Assembly (NCBI GenBank): GCA_013265495.1
Contig: MU058781.1
Location: 3,721,050 to 3,785,049 of the forward strand
Source: Vicugna vicugna
Taxonomy: Eukaryota
Direction: 5' to 3'
DNA length: 64,000 nucleotides
Shown here: piece after piece, positions 52,936-64,000 of the stretch
Layout of the letters: each line of letters starts with the position of its first letter
Numbering within the stretch: the first letter of the stretch is position 1
The notes under the pieces: model-generated
What the model was told of the DNA's origin: nothing
What the model saw: the letters and a program-made list of their open reading frames with translations, nothing else
Databases searched by the model: none
Position numbers and translations under genes: made by a program

Positions 52936-53330
52936 TGCATTAGTTATCCACTGCTGCTGAACAAATTACATCCAAACTAAGGGGTTTAAAATAACGGCAT
53001 TTATTATCATACAGTTTCCGTGGGGCGGGAACCTCATCGGCATTCAAGGTGTCAGCTGGGGCTGCGGTCATCTCAAGACTCGACTGGGGAATTATCTGCT
53101 TCCAAGCTTACCCACGTGGTTGTTGGCAGGATTCTGCTTCTGGAGACCATTGGTCTAAGGGCCTCAGTTCCTTGCAAGCTATTGGTCAGAAGAGGCCCTC
53201 GTTTCTTTGACACTCAGGCCTCTCCAACATGGCAGCTTGCTTCATCAAAGTGTGCAGGCTCAGAAAGCGTTAGCAGCGGGCCAGAAGTCAGCCTTTTGTA
53301 ACCTAATCACAGAATTGACATCCCTTCGTT
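52936..53330 (-). mobile_element. MLT1 (ERVL-MaLR) LTR, E/F-like
   Basis: TTAGTTATCCACTGCTGCTGAACAAATTAC...TCAAGGTGTCAGCTGGGGCTGC...GCTTCCAAGCT. Confidence 0.7.
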
Positions 53331-53408
53331 TTCACATTCGTTCTTCCTTATTGATTTCTATGTGCCCTTTTTCTCATTTCCTTATAGTGACATGAAAAGT
53401 ACATTCAA

Positions 53409-53502
53409 GGGAAGAGAGGGTATATAGCTCAGTGTTGAGCACATGCCTAGCATACATGAGGTTCTGGGTTCAATCCCCACTACCTCCTTTTAAAAAAAAA
53501 AA
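53409..53502 (+). mobile_element. Short tRNA-derived SINE (Vic-1-like head plus polyA)
   Basis: TATAGCTCAGTG...GGGTTCAATCCCC, polyA; TSD ending ACATTCAA on both sides. Confidence 0.85.
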
Positions 53503-53723
53503 GAAAGAACATTCAAAATGGAGTAATAGCAGGGAAAAGAAACTCCCTTCCTCTGTAGAGAGGAAGGGAGCTTCTTCAGGGCTGTTAGGTAGGTGTTGGA
53601 ATCATGGAATGGGAAGGCTGCCCCAGAAATTCCCTGAGTTCCAGGCAATGCCACCTACCAACCTAGGAAATGCCTATGGATTCAGTGGATTCCATAGCAG
53701 GCAGACAGCCAAAGGCATAGTCC

Positions 53724-54089
53724 CATTTTAGTCCACTTGGGCTGTTATAATAAAATGTCATAGACTGCGTGCCTTTTAAACAACCAACATTTATTTATCA
53801 CAGTTCTGGTGGCTGGGAAGTCCAATATCAAGGTTCCAGGAGATCTGGTGTCTGGCAGGAGCCTACTTCCTGGTTCATGGACAGCCATCTTCTCCCTGTG
53901 TCCTCACAGAGCAGAAGGGGCAAGGGAGCTCTCTGGGATCTTTTTAATAAGGGCCCTAGTCCCATTCATGAGAGCATCACCCTCCTGATCTAATCACCTC
54001 CCAAAGGCCCCCACCTTCTAGTACCATCACATTGGGGATTAGGTCTCAACACGAATTTGGGAGGGGACACAAATATTCAGTCTATATCA
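53724..54089 (-). mobile_element. MLT1A-like MaLR LTR
   Basis: CACAGTTCTGGTGGCTGGGAAGTCCAA...TAATCACCTCCCAAAGGCCCC...GGGGACACAAATATTCAG. Confidence 0.85.
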
Positions 54090-55494
54090 GATAGTTAGGA
54101 GCGAAGGGACAAGTAAAAGGAAAATTCAAGACAAAAATAGAGGGAAAAGAAAAAAAGAGTGAGAGACAAAAAATATCTGTCCTTAAAGGATAATGATAAA
54201 CAGTTCCCCAAAGCGCCAGACAGCACTGAGGGCTGTCACTTGCCTACCGTCGGTGAGTTCGATGACAGTTTTTCCTGGCGCGTGGGCTACACTTCAGTCA
54301 TCACTTATTGAGTACCTACTATCTGCAATACACAGTGGTAGGAAGCCTGTGGAAATTTTAAAAGAGAGAGAGAGACAGACAGACAGAACTTAACGTCCCT
54401 AAGTTGGGAAAGAACATTACTTACGTCACCAATTTTTCAGGATAGACTATGAAAAGCGCTACAATAGAGACTAAAAGCACCAGGGCTATTTTTCTAATAT
54501 CCCAGGAAAAGTAATTCTCCAGCCTAACCCATTGTTATCATTAAAATAAATTTTTCAACGTAAGTTTCTTTGTACCTAGGTTACAGCATAGAGATTATAG
54601 ATGCAAGGCCTAATTTGCAATCTAAGTAAACACAAGAAGAAAGTAATTTAGTAGAGTGACTTACTTCACAATTCCCTACTTCTTTCAATATGGCTCTATA
54701 TCATTTTATGCTTGATAACTAATTTTTTAAGCACTTTTGTTTTTTTCCTTAAGTACCTTTTTAAAGTTATGCAAGGAAAAATATGCCCAGCAATATATGA
54801 GGCTTTTTAAATTGTTAAGACTTCAAAGCTGTCAGAACATCTGTATCTTAAAAAGCATCTGTATCTGAAAAACTGTTTCAAAGACTTCTTTAGTATTTTT
54901 CTGCTTCAGTTGCAGTGAGCTTATCCCAAGAATATTTAACTTAGAAATAGATATCAATTATTTAAAGAGGAATGGCACACGCTGTAGAATGACTGATATG
55001 TCTCCTAATGTCACCAACAGTGCCAGCCCCTCATATGTGACTTATGCCACTATCCATTTGAAAACTTCCCATAGGTCATTGATCTTTGGCATTCTTAAGA
55101 GGCCCCAGATCTTTCTAAATCCTTAGACAAATTCTACCATAGCATATTATGCCACCCCATAAAATTTAATAAGTACAATAAGAATAATCGACATGATCAG
55201 AAAATACAAGATCACACTGATATGTGGATGCTGGGTGTTTGGCCAGGCCACTCAATGACCAAGTGTATATTTCTATGTCATGCACTAACCTCATCACACA
55301 TGTGATGCAGTTTGTGCTTGGCAAAACTAGGAACCAAAATTACATCAAGAACCTTCCGGACTGCCTCTAAAGATTCGGGACTGTGGGTGTTCAACATGAG
55401 TATAAGTGTGCAAGCACTGCCCCGATCAGATGCTTCAGATGTGCGTGTCCCTCTTTACCTTGGTGTGGCTATGTGTGCACAGACATGTACACAC

Positions 55495-55950
55495 TGTGGT
55501 CGACCCAAAAGTGGTCCCCCATGTGGTGGATCCAAAAGATATCCACCCATGAACCTGTGCACGTGACCTTATTTGGAAAGAGCATCTTTGCAAATGTGCT
55601 CAAGCATCTCGAAATGAGATCATCCCTGATCATCCCGGTGTGCCCTAAATGGCAGGTGTCCTTATGAAGAGAGGCAGAGGGGGATTTGAGACAGAAAGAT
55701 GAGGAGACACACATGGAGGAGAAGGCCGTGAGAAGACAGAGCAGAGAGATGCCACCACAAGCCAAGGAATGCCAACAGCCCCTAGAAGTTGGAAGAGGCA
55801 GAGAATGGATTTACCTCAACAGAACTGAGGGGAATGCAGCCCTATCAACAACTTGACCTCGGACTTCTGGCTTCCAGAACAGACTTCTGCTGTTTTAAGC
55901 CACCAGGTTTGTGGTCACGTGTTACAGCAGCCCTAGGAAACTGATAAGCA
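55495..55950 (+). mobile_element. MLT1B/C-like MaLR LTR
   Basis: GTGACCTTATTTGGAAA...CAAGCCAAGGAATGCC...TTTTAAGCCACC...GTTACAGCAGCCCTAGGAAACTGA. Confidence 0.85.
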
Positions 55951-56486
55951 CGTACAATTCAAATTTGTTAGGTTCTGGGAAAAAAGAGTCGTACAAGGTT
56001 GTTAGGAAGATGAAGTATACTGTGGATTGTGGAAGCTAGAGTAACACATTAACACATCTCCCTCATCAAAATTGCAATGCCTTTTGCTTAAATGTACATT
56101 TCCCTAAGAAGCAGAGCGCATCTGTTAGGTAAATCGTACATCAATAAGGCAAATCTAGATTTATTACTTGTCTTCATAATTTTATAGCTACTATAGTTTC
56201 TCACTTGTGCTCTCTCTTTCTGGGTTCTGACCACACTTCAGTAAAGGAAGGGGTTACAAGCACTCTGGTTTGATAGAGAAGTCATTTTATGATTAAGGTA
56301 TGAACTGAAATGGCTCTTCCACTGAGCAGAAGCATAGACTCCACAAAACTGCCTTAAGGACACTATTAGAGGGTGCCCTTGGCTGCCACAGCTCGGGGCT
56401 GTTCCTTTTTAACCATTACATGCCGAATGCCATTCGTATTTTACTTGAATGGCCACTTAAAAAATCTGACTCCATAAGGATAACGT

Positions 56487-56960
56487 TGTAGGGTAGGTCA
56501 GGCGTCTTACATCGGGTTTCCTAGAAATAGACCCTGAGCAGGGGTTTCCGATGCAAGTGACTTTTGGGGGAGAGGGCTCTCCAGTGAGATCTGTTAGGGG
56601 ATGAGGGAAGCAGGGTGGTGCAGGGGAAGAAGCCAGGCAAAGGTGACGGTTCAGCGAGATCTGGCTTCAGCCTGCCCCCACGGGAGGCTGGAGCATGCCG
56701 CACTGCAGAATTGCCCTCCCCCCGCCTTAGGAGTCCAGGACTGTAATAACCTGTGTTAATCACTCCTTAGCTGCAGACCACCTTCCTCCCAGGGGGAGCA
56801 CGACGTCCTGGGCATCTCTGGGCAAGGAGGCTCCCTTCAGGCAAGAGCAGTTCTCTGGGGAAGGCTGTGGCATGAGCCATTGGTAACCAGCACTCGGGGC
56901 AGCCTGAGGTGGGCCCACTGGCAGATGAGGGGAACTGGTCAGGGCACCAGTAGCATCTAA
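56487..56960 (-). mobile_element. LTR33-like ERVL LTR
   Basis: GGGTTTCCTAGAAATAGACCCTGAG...GGGGAAGAAGCCAGGCAAAG...GGGCACCAGTAGCATC. Confidence 0.6.
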
Positions 56961-57844
56961 GAGTACATGGATTTTGCTTCAAGTTGCGTTTCTAATCACA
57001 CAGTGGATCATCTTAGTGGCTACATCTGCCACAAGAGAACACTCTGGAAGGAAGAAACACATTGCATTACTGCAGTGTTGGAATGTCACAAGTCTTGCAA
57101 GCCATCTTATGGAGAGATAATCAGCAAATACTTTGAAATCTTAATGGGAATAATCTTGGAAGAGCGTCTTTCGTAAAGAAATCCCTGTTTAGAATGCGTG
57201 TGTAAGCAGAAGCCGTCATAGGTTTGGCCCAGTGCTGACCTCCATTGTGTTTATTTTCATGGCCTGTATGTCTTTTTCCACTCTCTGTTAGCCACATGAA
57301 TGTCTGGGTCAGTGTGGTTTATTTTAGTCTGGAAGGTCCTAGTAGGTACAGGTCACGTCTATTTATTGTTCTCCACGTAGCATGTTGCACAATTGTCTGC
57401 TTAATAACTGCTTCTTGTTGGTGATGCGGTGTAGGTATGTGACTGTCTGCTTTGGGATGAGGGCAGTGATGCTCTGCTTTGATAATTGCCCCAGCTTTAA
57501 CCATCTGACTAAGACATCGTCCTAAGCAGGATGTACACATCCAGTTCGCCCAGAGCCAGATCGAAAATGTAAGAGTGAACTAGATTAGGTGTAAAACAGC
57601 AGAGATCACTGGGAGCTGTAACAGACCAGGGGCTGTTAGGGAATTCAAATCAGAAGGCTTGAAACATGACACGGGCCAAACAAAACACTTCTGTGGATCA
57701 GATCTGGCTAATGGGTCACCAGTTAGTGGCCTAAAGGCTGATCTGAACTCAAAACCAGAAATCCAGGCCAAGTACAGATGTCCTGAATGTGCTCTGCTGT
57801 CTTACATCTGTCTAACTCCCCGAGGAGCCAAAAACTGTTACTAT

Positions 57845-58598
57845 TTCAAAACCACAGTGAGATAGGACTTCACACCTGTCAGAATGGCTATCATCAAAAA
57901 GTCTACAAATCGCAAATGTTGGCAAGGATGTGGAGAAAAGTGAACCCTAGGACACTGTTGGTGGGAATGTAAATTGGTGTAGCCACCATGGATAACAGTA
58001 TGGAGGTTTCTCAGAAAACTAAAAATAGAACCACCATATGACCCAGAAATTCCACTCCTGGGTATATATCCAAAAAAACAAAAACAAAAACAAGATACAT
58101 GCACCCCAATGTTTATAGCAGCATTATTTACAGTAGCCAAGACATGAAAACAACCTAAACGTCCATCAACAGATGAATGGATAAAGAAGCTGTGGGAAAT
58201 ATATCCAAATGAATACTACTCAGCCATTAAAAAAGAACAAAATTTTGCCATTTGCAGCAACATAGATGGACTTGGAGGGCGTTCTGCTAAGTGAAATTAG
58301 TCAGAGAAAGATAAATACTGTGTGATATCACTTACATAAGGAATCTAAAAAATATAACAAACTAGTGAATATAACATAAAAGCAGCAGACTTACAGATCT
58401 AGAAAACAAACTAATGTTTACCAGTGGGGTGGGGAGGGACAATTTAGGGGTGGGAGAGCAGGAGGCACAAGCTATTGGGTATAAGGCGGGCTCAGGGATG
58501 TATTATGCAACACGGGGAATACAGCCAATACTTTGTAATAACTATAAATGGAAGGTAACCTTCAAAACTTGTGTAAAAATAGAAAATTTAGAAAAAAC
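57845..58598 (+). mobile_element. L1 3' region (ORF2 C-terminus plus 3' UTR), relatively well preserved
   Basis: AAAACCACAGTGAGATA...CACACCTGTCAGAATGGCTATCATCAAAAAG...GTTGGCAAGGATGTGGAGAAA. Confidence 0.9.
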
Positions 58599-58961
58599 CC
58601 TATTATTATTTGCCTCTGTCTACTGCCCACCGTGGATGATTGGAAGCACCAGTTTTCTCAGCCACGCCTCTCTGCTGGTAGAACCAGATGTAGAGATCTT
58701 AAGATACTTCCTGGCTTGCCAGGGAAATCTGAGTCATAGGTGACCCATTTACGTAACACAACCACGAGAATCACCTTCAAAGGGCCTATTCCGTATTACA
58801 GTGCCTGTTACATCTAGTAGGCACCCCTTAAAAACTTCCTGATGTTATGAACAAGCTAGTTTCTCAATACTTGATTCCAGGTCTTTATAATCCACCCCAC
58901 AGCTTTCATCTAAGAATGAAGGTTTTCACAGTTTGATTGCGATGCAAAGATTTCACCTACA

Positions 58962-59640
58962 GATAGTGTGTTGGTGAGGATGTGGAGAAATGGGAACCCT
59001 CCTACACTGCTGGTGGTGATGCAGAACTGAGCAGTCACTGTGAAAGAGTACAGTGGTTCCTCAAAAAGTTAAACATAGTTATATGACCCAGCAATTCTTC
59101 TCCTAGGTACATTCCCAAGACGGATGAAAACATACGTCCACGTAAAAACTTGTACACAAATATTCACAGCAGCATTATTCGTAACAGTCAAAAGGTGCAA
59201 ACAATCCAAATGTCCACCCAGTGGATGAATGGGTAAATAAAATGTAGCATGTCCGTACAATGGAACAGCATTCAGCAGCAAAAAGTACCAACGCTCTGAG
59301 GCATCCCACAACATGGGTGAACCTTGAAAACACTATGCTAACTGAAGGAAGCCAGTCCCAAAAGACCACATATATATTTGGTGATTCCATTTATATGAAA
59401 TGTCCAAAATGTCCGTAGAGACAGAGTAGATTAGTGGTTGCCAGAAGCTGAGGGGAGGTGGGAATGGGGAGTGACTGCTAATAATACAGGGTTTCTTTTT
59501 GAGGTGATGAAATGGTCTAAAATTGATTATGGTGACGGTGGCACGAGTTTTGGATATGCTACAAACCACTGAATTGTTCACTTTGAGTAGATGAATTATG
59601 TGGTATGTGCAATACATCTCAATAAAGTTGTTTTTGAAAA
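58962..59640 (+). mobile_element. L1MB-like 3' region
   Basis: GTTGGTGAGGATGTGGAGAAATGGGAACCC...GATTAGTGGTTGCCAG...TCTCAATAAAGTTG. Confidence 0.88.
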
Positions 59641-60149
59641 AGATTGTATGTGTTATGAAGATTTGGGTCCTAGCCACCAACTACTGTGTATGCAAATCTA
59701 CTACAGTGAAACTTTCAGTGCTTTGCTCACTGTGCGGTACATGGTAGGTGGTCAGTAGATATCTCTTGAATGAATGTTGAATAGATGTCTAAAAACCTAG
59801 AATATTCAGTAAATTAGCGTGAGGGATTCTGGTCAACTTAATTTTCTAATTTTCTGGAGGCTGTCCTGAAAATCTGTGGATTTTTCTTCCCTATGGGAAA
59901 AAAAACTCACATGAACCCTGACATGCAACACACACTCAATAAAGAGCAGTTCTTTTCTTCTTCTCTCAAAACAGTTGTAAAATATATTATTCCATTTTTA
60001 CTTAGTATCAACTTTGTCAGCACTGTAAAGGATCATGGATGGAAAGAGAGGAATTCAAAAAGCCCAATCTTTCTTGTGTTCTAGAGTTCAAGTTATACTC
60101 AGCTAAAAAAACGGCTTTTTGAATGTTGTTTTGAATCAATGGACTAGTA

Positions 60150-60289
60150 CGGTGGTCCTCAAACTTGAAGAGTGCTTCAGAATCACCTAAAAGATGGAGC
60201 CAGAGGAGGCCCAAGACTCTGCATTTCCAACAAGTTCCCAGGTCGTGCTGCTGCTTCTAGCCTGGGGACCATGCTCTGAGAATCACTGG
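60150..60289. mobile_element. MER5A-like hAT MITE (internally deleted)
   Basis: GGTGGTCCTCAAACTT...TCAGAATCACCT...TGCATTTCCAACAAGTTCCCAGG...TGAGAATCACTG. Confidence 0.75.
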
Positions 60290-60309
60290 GCTGGAACTTC
60301 TTCTTTTAT

Positions 60310-61400
60310 TAATGTATTTTTTTAAAATTTTGAAACAATAACAAAGTTACAGAAAAACTGTAAATACACTACAAAAAAAATTTTTTTACTGAGCTATTTG
60401 AAAATAAGTTGATGACATCATAGCCCCATCACTTTCTAATACTTTAGTGTGGAATTTCTACAAAGATATTCTTCTGCATAACCTAAATATGACCATCGTG
60501 ATCAGGAAAGGAAGGCAGACAGGTGCCTTGCTACCATCTAATTTTCACATGTCAGGCAAACTTTGCGAAGTGCCCCAGTAATATTATTTAGAGCCAAAGA
60601 ACCCAGTTCAGAATCATACAGTGCATTGACCGGTCATGTTCCCTCACCATGGAAGAGTTCCTAGTCTCTCCTTGACTTTCACGACCCTGACCCTTTTGAA
60701 GATCGCAGGCCAGTTATTTTTGCAGCATCCCCCAATTTGGATTTGTCTGATATTTCCTCCTGAGTAGATTCAAGTTATGCATCTTGGGCAGGAATAGCAT
60801 GTAAGTGTGTTCTTCTCAGTGCATCTGATCAGGTCCCATGATGTCAGTCTCTCCGGTTAATGATGGTGTTCACTTTGATCATTTCATAAAAGGTGGTATC
60901 TGTTAGGCTTCTCTGCTATAAAGTTACTCTCTTCCTCTTTGTAATTAATAAATATTTTGTGGGGAATTGTGTTTGAAATGATCTAAACGTCTCATTTCTT
61001 ATCAAACTTTCAATTTATTCATTTGACTGTTTACTTAGATCTCTGTGGACTCATGGCTTCCTATTTCATTCTAGAGGTGCATAATCCACGGCTGTGATCA
61101 TTCACCTTGAACCTCACTTTGAGGTTCAAATTATCCCTGATTTGACTTGCGGGAGCCCTTTCAAGCTGGCTTCTATCTCCTTTTGACATGTCTCCATCAT
61201 TCTTTGAGCACTGTCTTACTTTCTGGCACAACAAAATGTTCCAGATTCACTCTGTACTTGCTCTGCTGCAGTCCTGGAATCAGCCATCTCTCTAAGGAGC
61301 CCTGGTTCCTTTTAGTTGAAAATGGCACTGAAGCCCAAATCTGGGCACTTGCTATGCTCCTTGCTGTTGGAGCGCTGTTCCCTTAGGGCTTCTCAGGAAG
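60310..61400 (-). mobile_element. L1MC4-like 3' region, probably resuming at about 62070-62230
   Basis: TGGACTCATGG; CCTGGAATCAGCCATCTCTCTAAGGAGCCCTGGTTCCTTTTAG. Confidence 0.75.
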
Positions 61401-61421
61401 ATGTAAGGTCCAGATACTACA

Positions 61422-61972
61422 TGTGCTAGCTCTCTAGAGCTGCATAACAAATTCCCACAAACTGAGCAGCTGACGACAACACACAGTTATTATCATATGT
61501 TTCTGAGGTCAGGAGTCTTTCTGTGGCTTAGCTGGCTCCTCTGCATCACGGTCTCAGAAAGTGTCAGCTGGGGCGATGGTGGTGTCTCCAGGCTCCACTG
61601 GGGAGGGACCCACTTCCAAGCCCATGTGATGGCAGAATACAGTTCTTTGTGGATCCACTGGACCCAGAACCTCAGTTTCTTGCCAGCTGTGGGCTAGAGG
61701 TTGGGTTCTTTCTGCCATGTGGGCCTTTTCACGGGGCAAGTCACCAAGCAAAGCAGCTTTCTTCATCACAGCCAGCAAGGGAGAGAGTCTCCAAGCAAGA
61801 TGGACATTATAATCTTATGTCACGTAATTGCAGAAACGACATCCTATTAGCTTTGTAGTCTATTAGTTGGAAGCAAGTCATAAGTCATGTCACACTCAAG
61901 GGGAGGGAATTACACATGGACCTGAGTACCAGGAGGTGTGGACCATTGGGGGCCCTCTTAGGCTCTTCTTAC
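61422..61972 (-). mobile_element. MLT1E-like MaLR LTR nested in L1MC
   Basis: GCTGCATAACAAATTCCCACAAACTGAGCAGC...CACTTCCAAGC...CACACTCAAGGGGAGGG...TGGGGGCCCTCTTAG. Confidence 0.75.
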
Positions 61973-64000
61973 AGTAATCAGCTTACCAAGGGGCAGAGGC
62001 AAGGGGAGACCCAGGCCTCCCGAAGTGAAGAGTCGGAGGCCTCTTAGAGTCTGTCTGCTGCAGTAATGTGTGCACCTGCACATCTAGGCAATATTTCTGT
62101 CATCTGTCTAATCTCTCTCTGTTTCTGTCTTTCATTCATCTTTCTATCTGGAAAATCATGGTTCACGCTAATAAGTCCAGTTCCAACCCAACACCACCAC
62201 GTTCATCGCCACCCCTCCCCTCTTACGGATGCTCTCCCCCCTGCTAGGGCTTTGATACCCGCCCAAGAGGATGCCTCGGTCATCAAGCTCAGCCTCTGAC
62301 ACACACGTGGAGCCACCCCGTACGTGGATGCCCCCACCCTGTGGGCTCTGACGCCCAGGTCAGGCCCCGCCTTGCACGGAGGGCTTCTTTACCTTGCTTG
62401 GGTGCAGACACACCACAGCTAAGCCTCTCTCCCGCACCATAGACGTCCACCTTGCTCTGTCCCGTCTAATACTTTAGGATGACAGAATCATTTGGGAAGA
62501 TAGGGAAGAGCAAGATGGGGAAAGAGCACACTTCTCTTTAACGATTCCATTTTTTTCTCATGGAACACAGTTCTCCTCCCCTCCCCCCGAAGATGGGAGA
62601 GTGGGTACGACACATTCCCTGGACAGATGGGGTACAATACAAGTGGTGAGTCTATAAATGTGCAGCCTATTAGCCGGAGGTGGAGGAACTCTAATGTGTG
62701 AAGCAGCAGAAAAAAATACAAAGGAAGGACAAAGGGAAACGAGCAAGCACAGTCTTTTCATTGGACCTCTGTGCTTTGCCTGCGCTCATCTATTTCTGGT
62801 CTGAAAAGCCCACTTTTCTGTCCCTTCCATTCATTCGCTTCCTCACTTCATTGAAGGGCCAGCTCACAAAGTTCTGTCTTCCACAGAAGACCCTCACTAA
62901 CCTGAGCCCAGCCCTCTTATTCCCCCTTTTAAATTCCCATCCATGCTCCTGTCTCTGTCCCTGTGTTCGAGCACTCAGTTCTGTATGATCTTGTATCGAT
63001 CTCTAGCTCTTTTATGGACACACATCTTTCCTCCTGAACTAGATAGTAAGTTCCATAAAGATACACTTCATTGTGTCTTTCACAGGATTGTTGAGTGATT
63101 GAAATCAGCTGCCCTGTGTAGGGACATGCTCTCGGGGCAAAGAGAGAAAGACAGGAATGTTTTCTGAAGAGTGGTCACTAGTTATTTCATCTCTTGATCT
63201 CATCTCATCTCTCGATTAGGTCATCTCTTGATTGAAGGCAAGCACAGTATCAAAAGGTTCACTAAATACCTACTGGATTATAATTTAGCACATCCAGTAA
63301 CAATCTCTCCAAAATATGAGGGCCCCAGAAATCACATCCATCGTATTTCACCTACCCAAGATGGATGGTCAGTGACAGGCATATAAAACTGGGGAGATGG
63401 CTTTATTTATATCCCTGTTTTTCTGGACCCTGTATATAACACGAGCTCCATAATTTAGAAGAGTCTCACTGAATGGGGATGCACAATTATATTTATAAAT
63501 CACTGAAAATGAGGGATCAAAGATTAAGATTGTCTTCTGGTACAGAGTGTGAGTTAAGAAAGGCAGCAGCTTTGGTTGCAGTAAAAAAATAGAACAATTT
63601 TCTAGCCTGACAGTCACCCTCAGTCCTCTATTGTGTCACAGCCATGGTGTTTAAGGCGGGTGCTTCTTGTGGATTCTTCAAAGCCATGCAGTAGCTGGAG
63701 CTGCATGTGATTTGAATTTCAGACTTATTTATAACAACCAACCAGAAGTTTGTCTTATCACAAAATCCCTAGTAACTGTGTAGGGGGTGGATATTAGTCA
63801 TCACCGCAGAAATGTGAGCTAGTTTGACCCAAGTCACTGAGAAGCATCAGACCTGGAAAATCTTGACCTTCTGACCAGTACACTTCACTTTCCAAGAGGC
63901 CTTGTGGATAGTATCATTTTTTTTTCTTTTGGTGTTAGTAATGAATCAGATCGTGGCTTTGGGTAGTACTTCCTGTTCAAGTGATATTCTCAAGCCTTCC

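Noticed and set aside
54200..54300. + strand donor-like TCG|GTGAGT in a slightly CpG-rich patch (exon of a divergent lncRNA?)
   Set aside because: Single motif with no clear acceptor or partner exon; insufficient support.
50200..64000. Short ORFs (60-115 aa) upstream of RANBP9
   Set aside because: Mostly within LTR or L1 remnants, with no recognisable protein similarity or exon structure; no second gene supported.

Overview
Mammalian genomic DNA, probably a camelid judging by its tRNA-derived Vic-1-like SINEs. The window holds the 5' half of RANBP9 (RanBPM, a CTLH E3-ligase scaffold) on the minus strand. Five coding exons (48552-48957, 37425-37536, 10981-11033, 9884-10051, 5615-5637) splice at GT-AG sites into an uninterrupted 254-codon frame covering the Pro/Gln-rich N-terminus and most of the SPRY domain. 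I found no later exon, so the gene presumably continues beyond the left edge. The CpG-island promoter (about 48.4-50.15 kb) contains a 245-N assembly gap. Most of the rest is interspersed repeat: old L1/HAL1, L2, MIR, MaLR/ERV LTRs, Tigger/Kanga/MER DNA transposons, young SINEs and short L1 3' ends. Repeat subfamily names and boundaries come from recalled consensus sequences and are approximate. I found no convincing novel multi-gene system. The best leads are an apparent in-frame loss of about 59 codons from the exon-1 proline-rich tract versus human, a perfect second 5' splice site 199 nt into intron 1, and a candidate 24-nt stop-containing microexon in intron 2.
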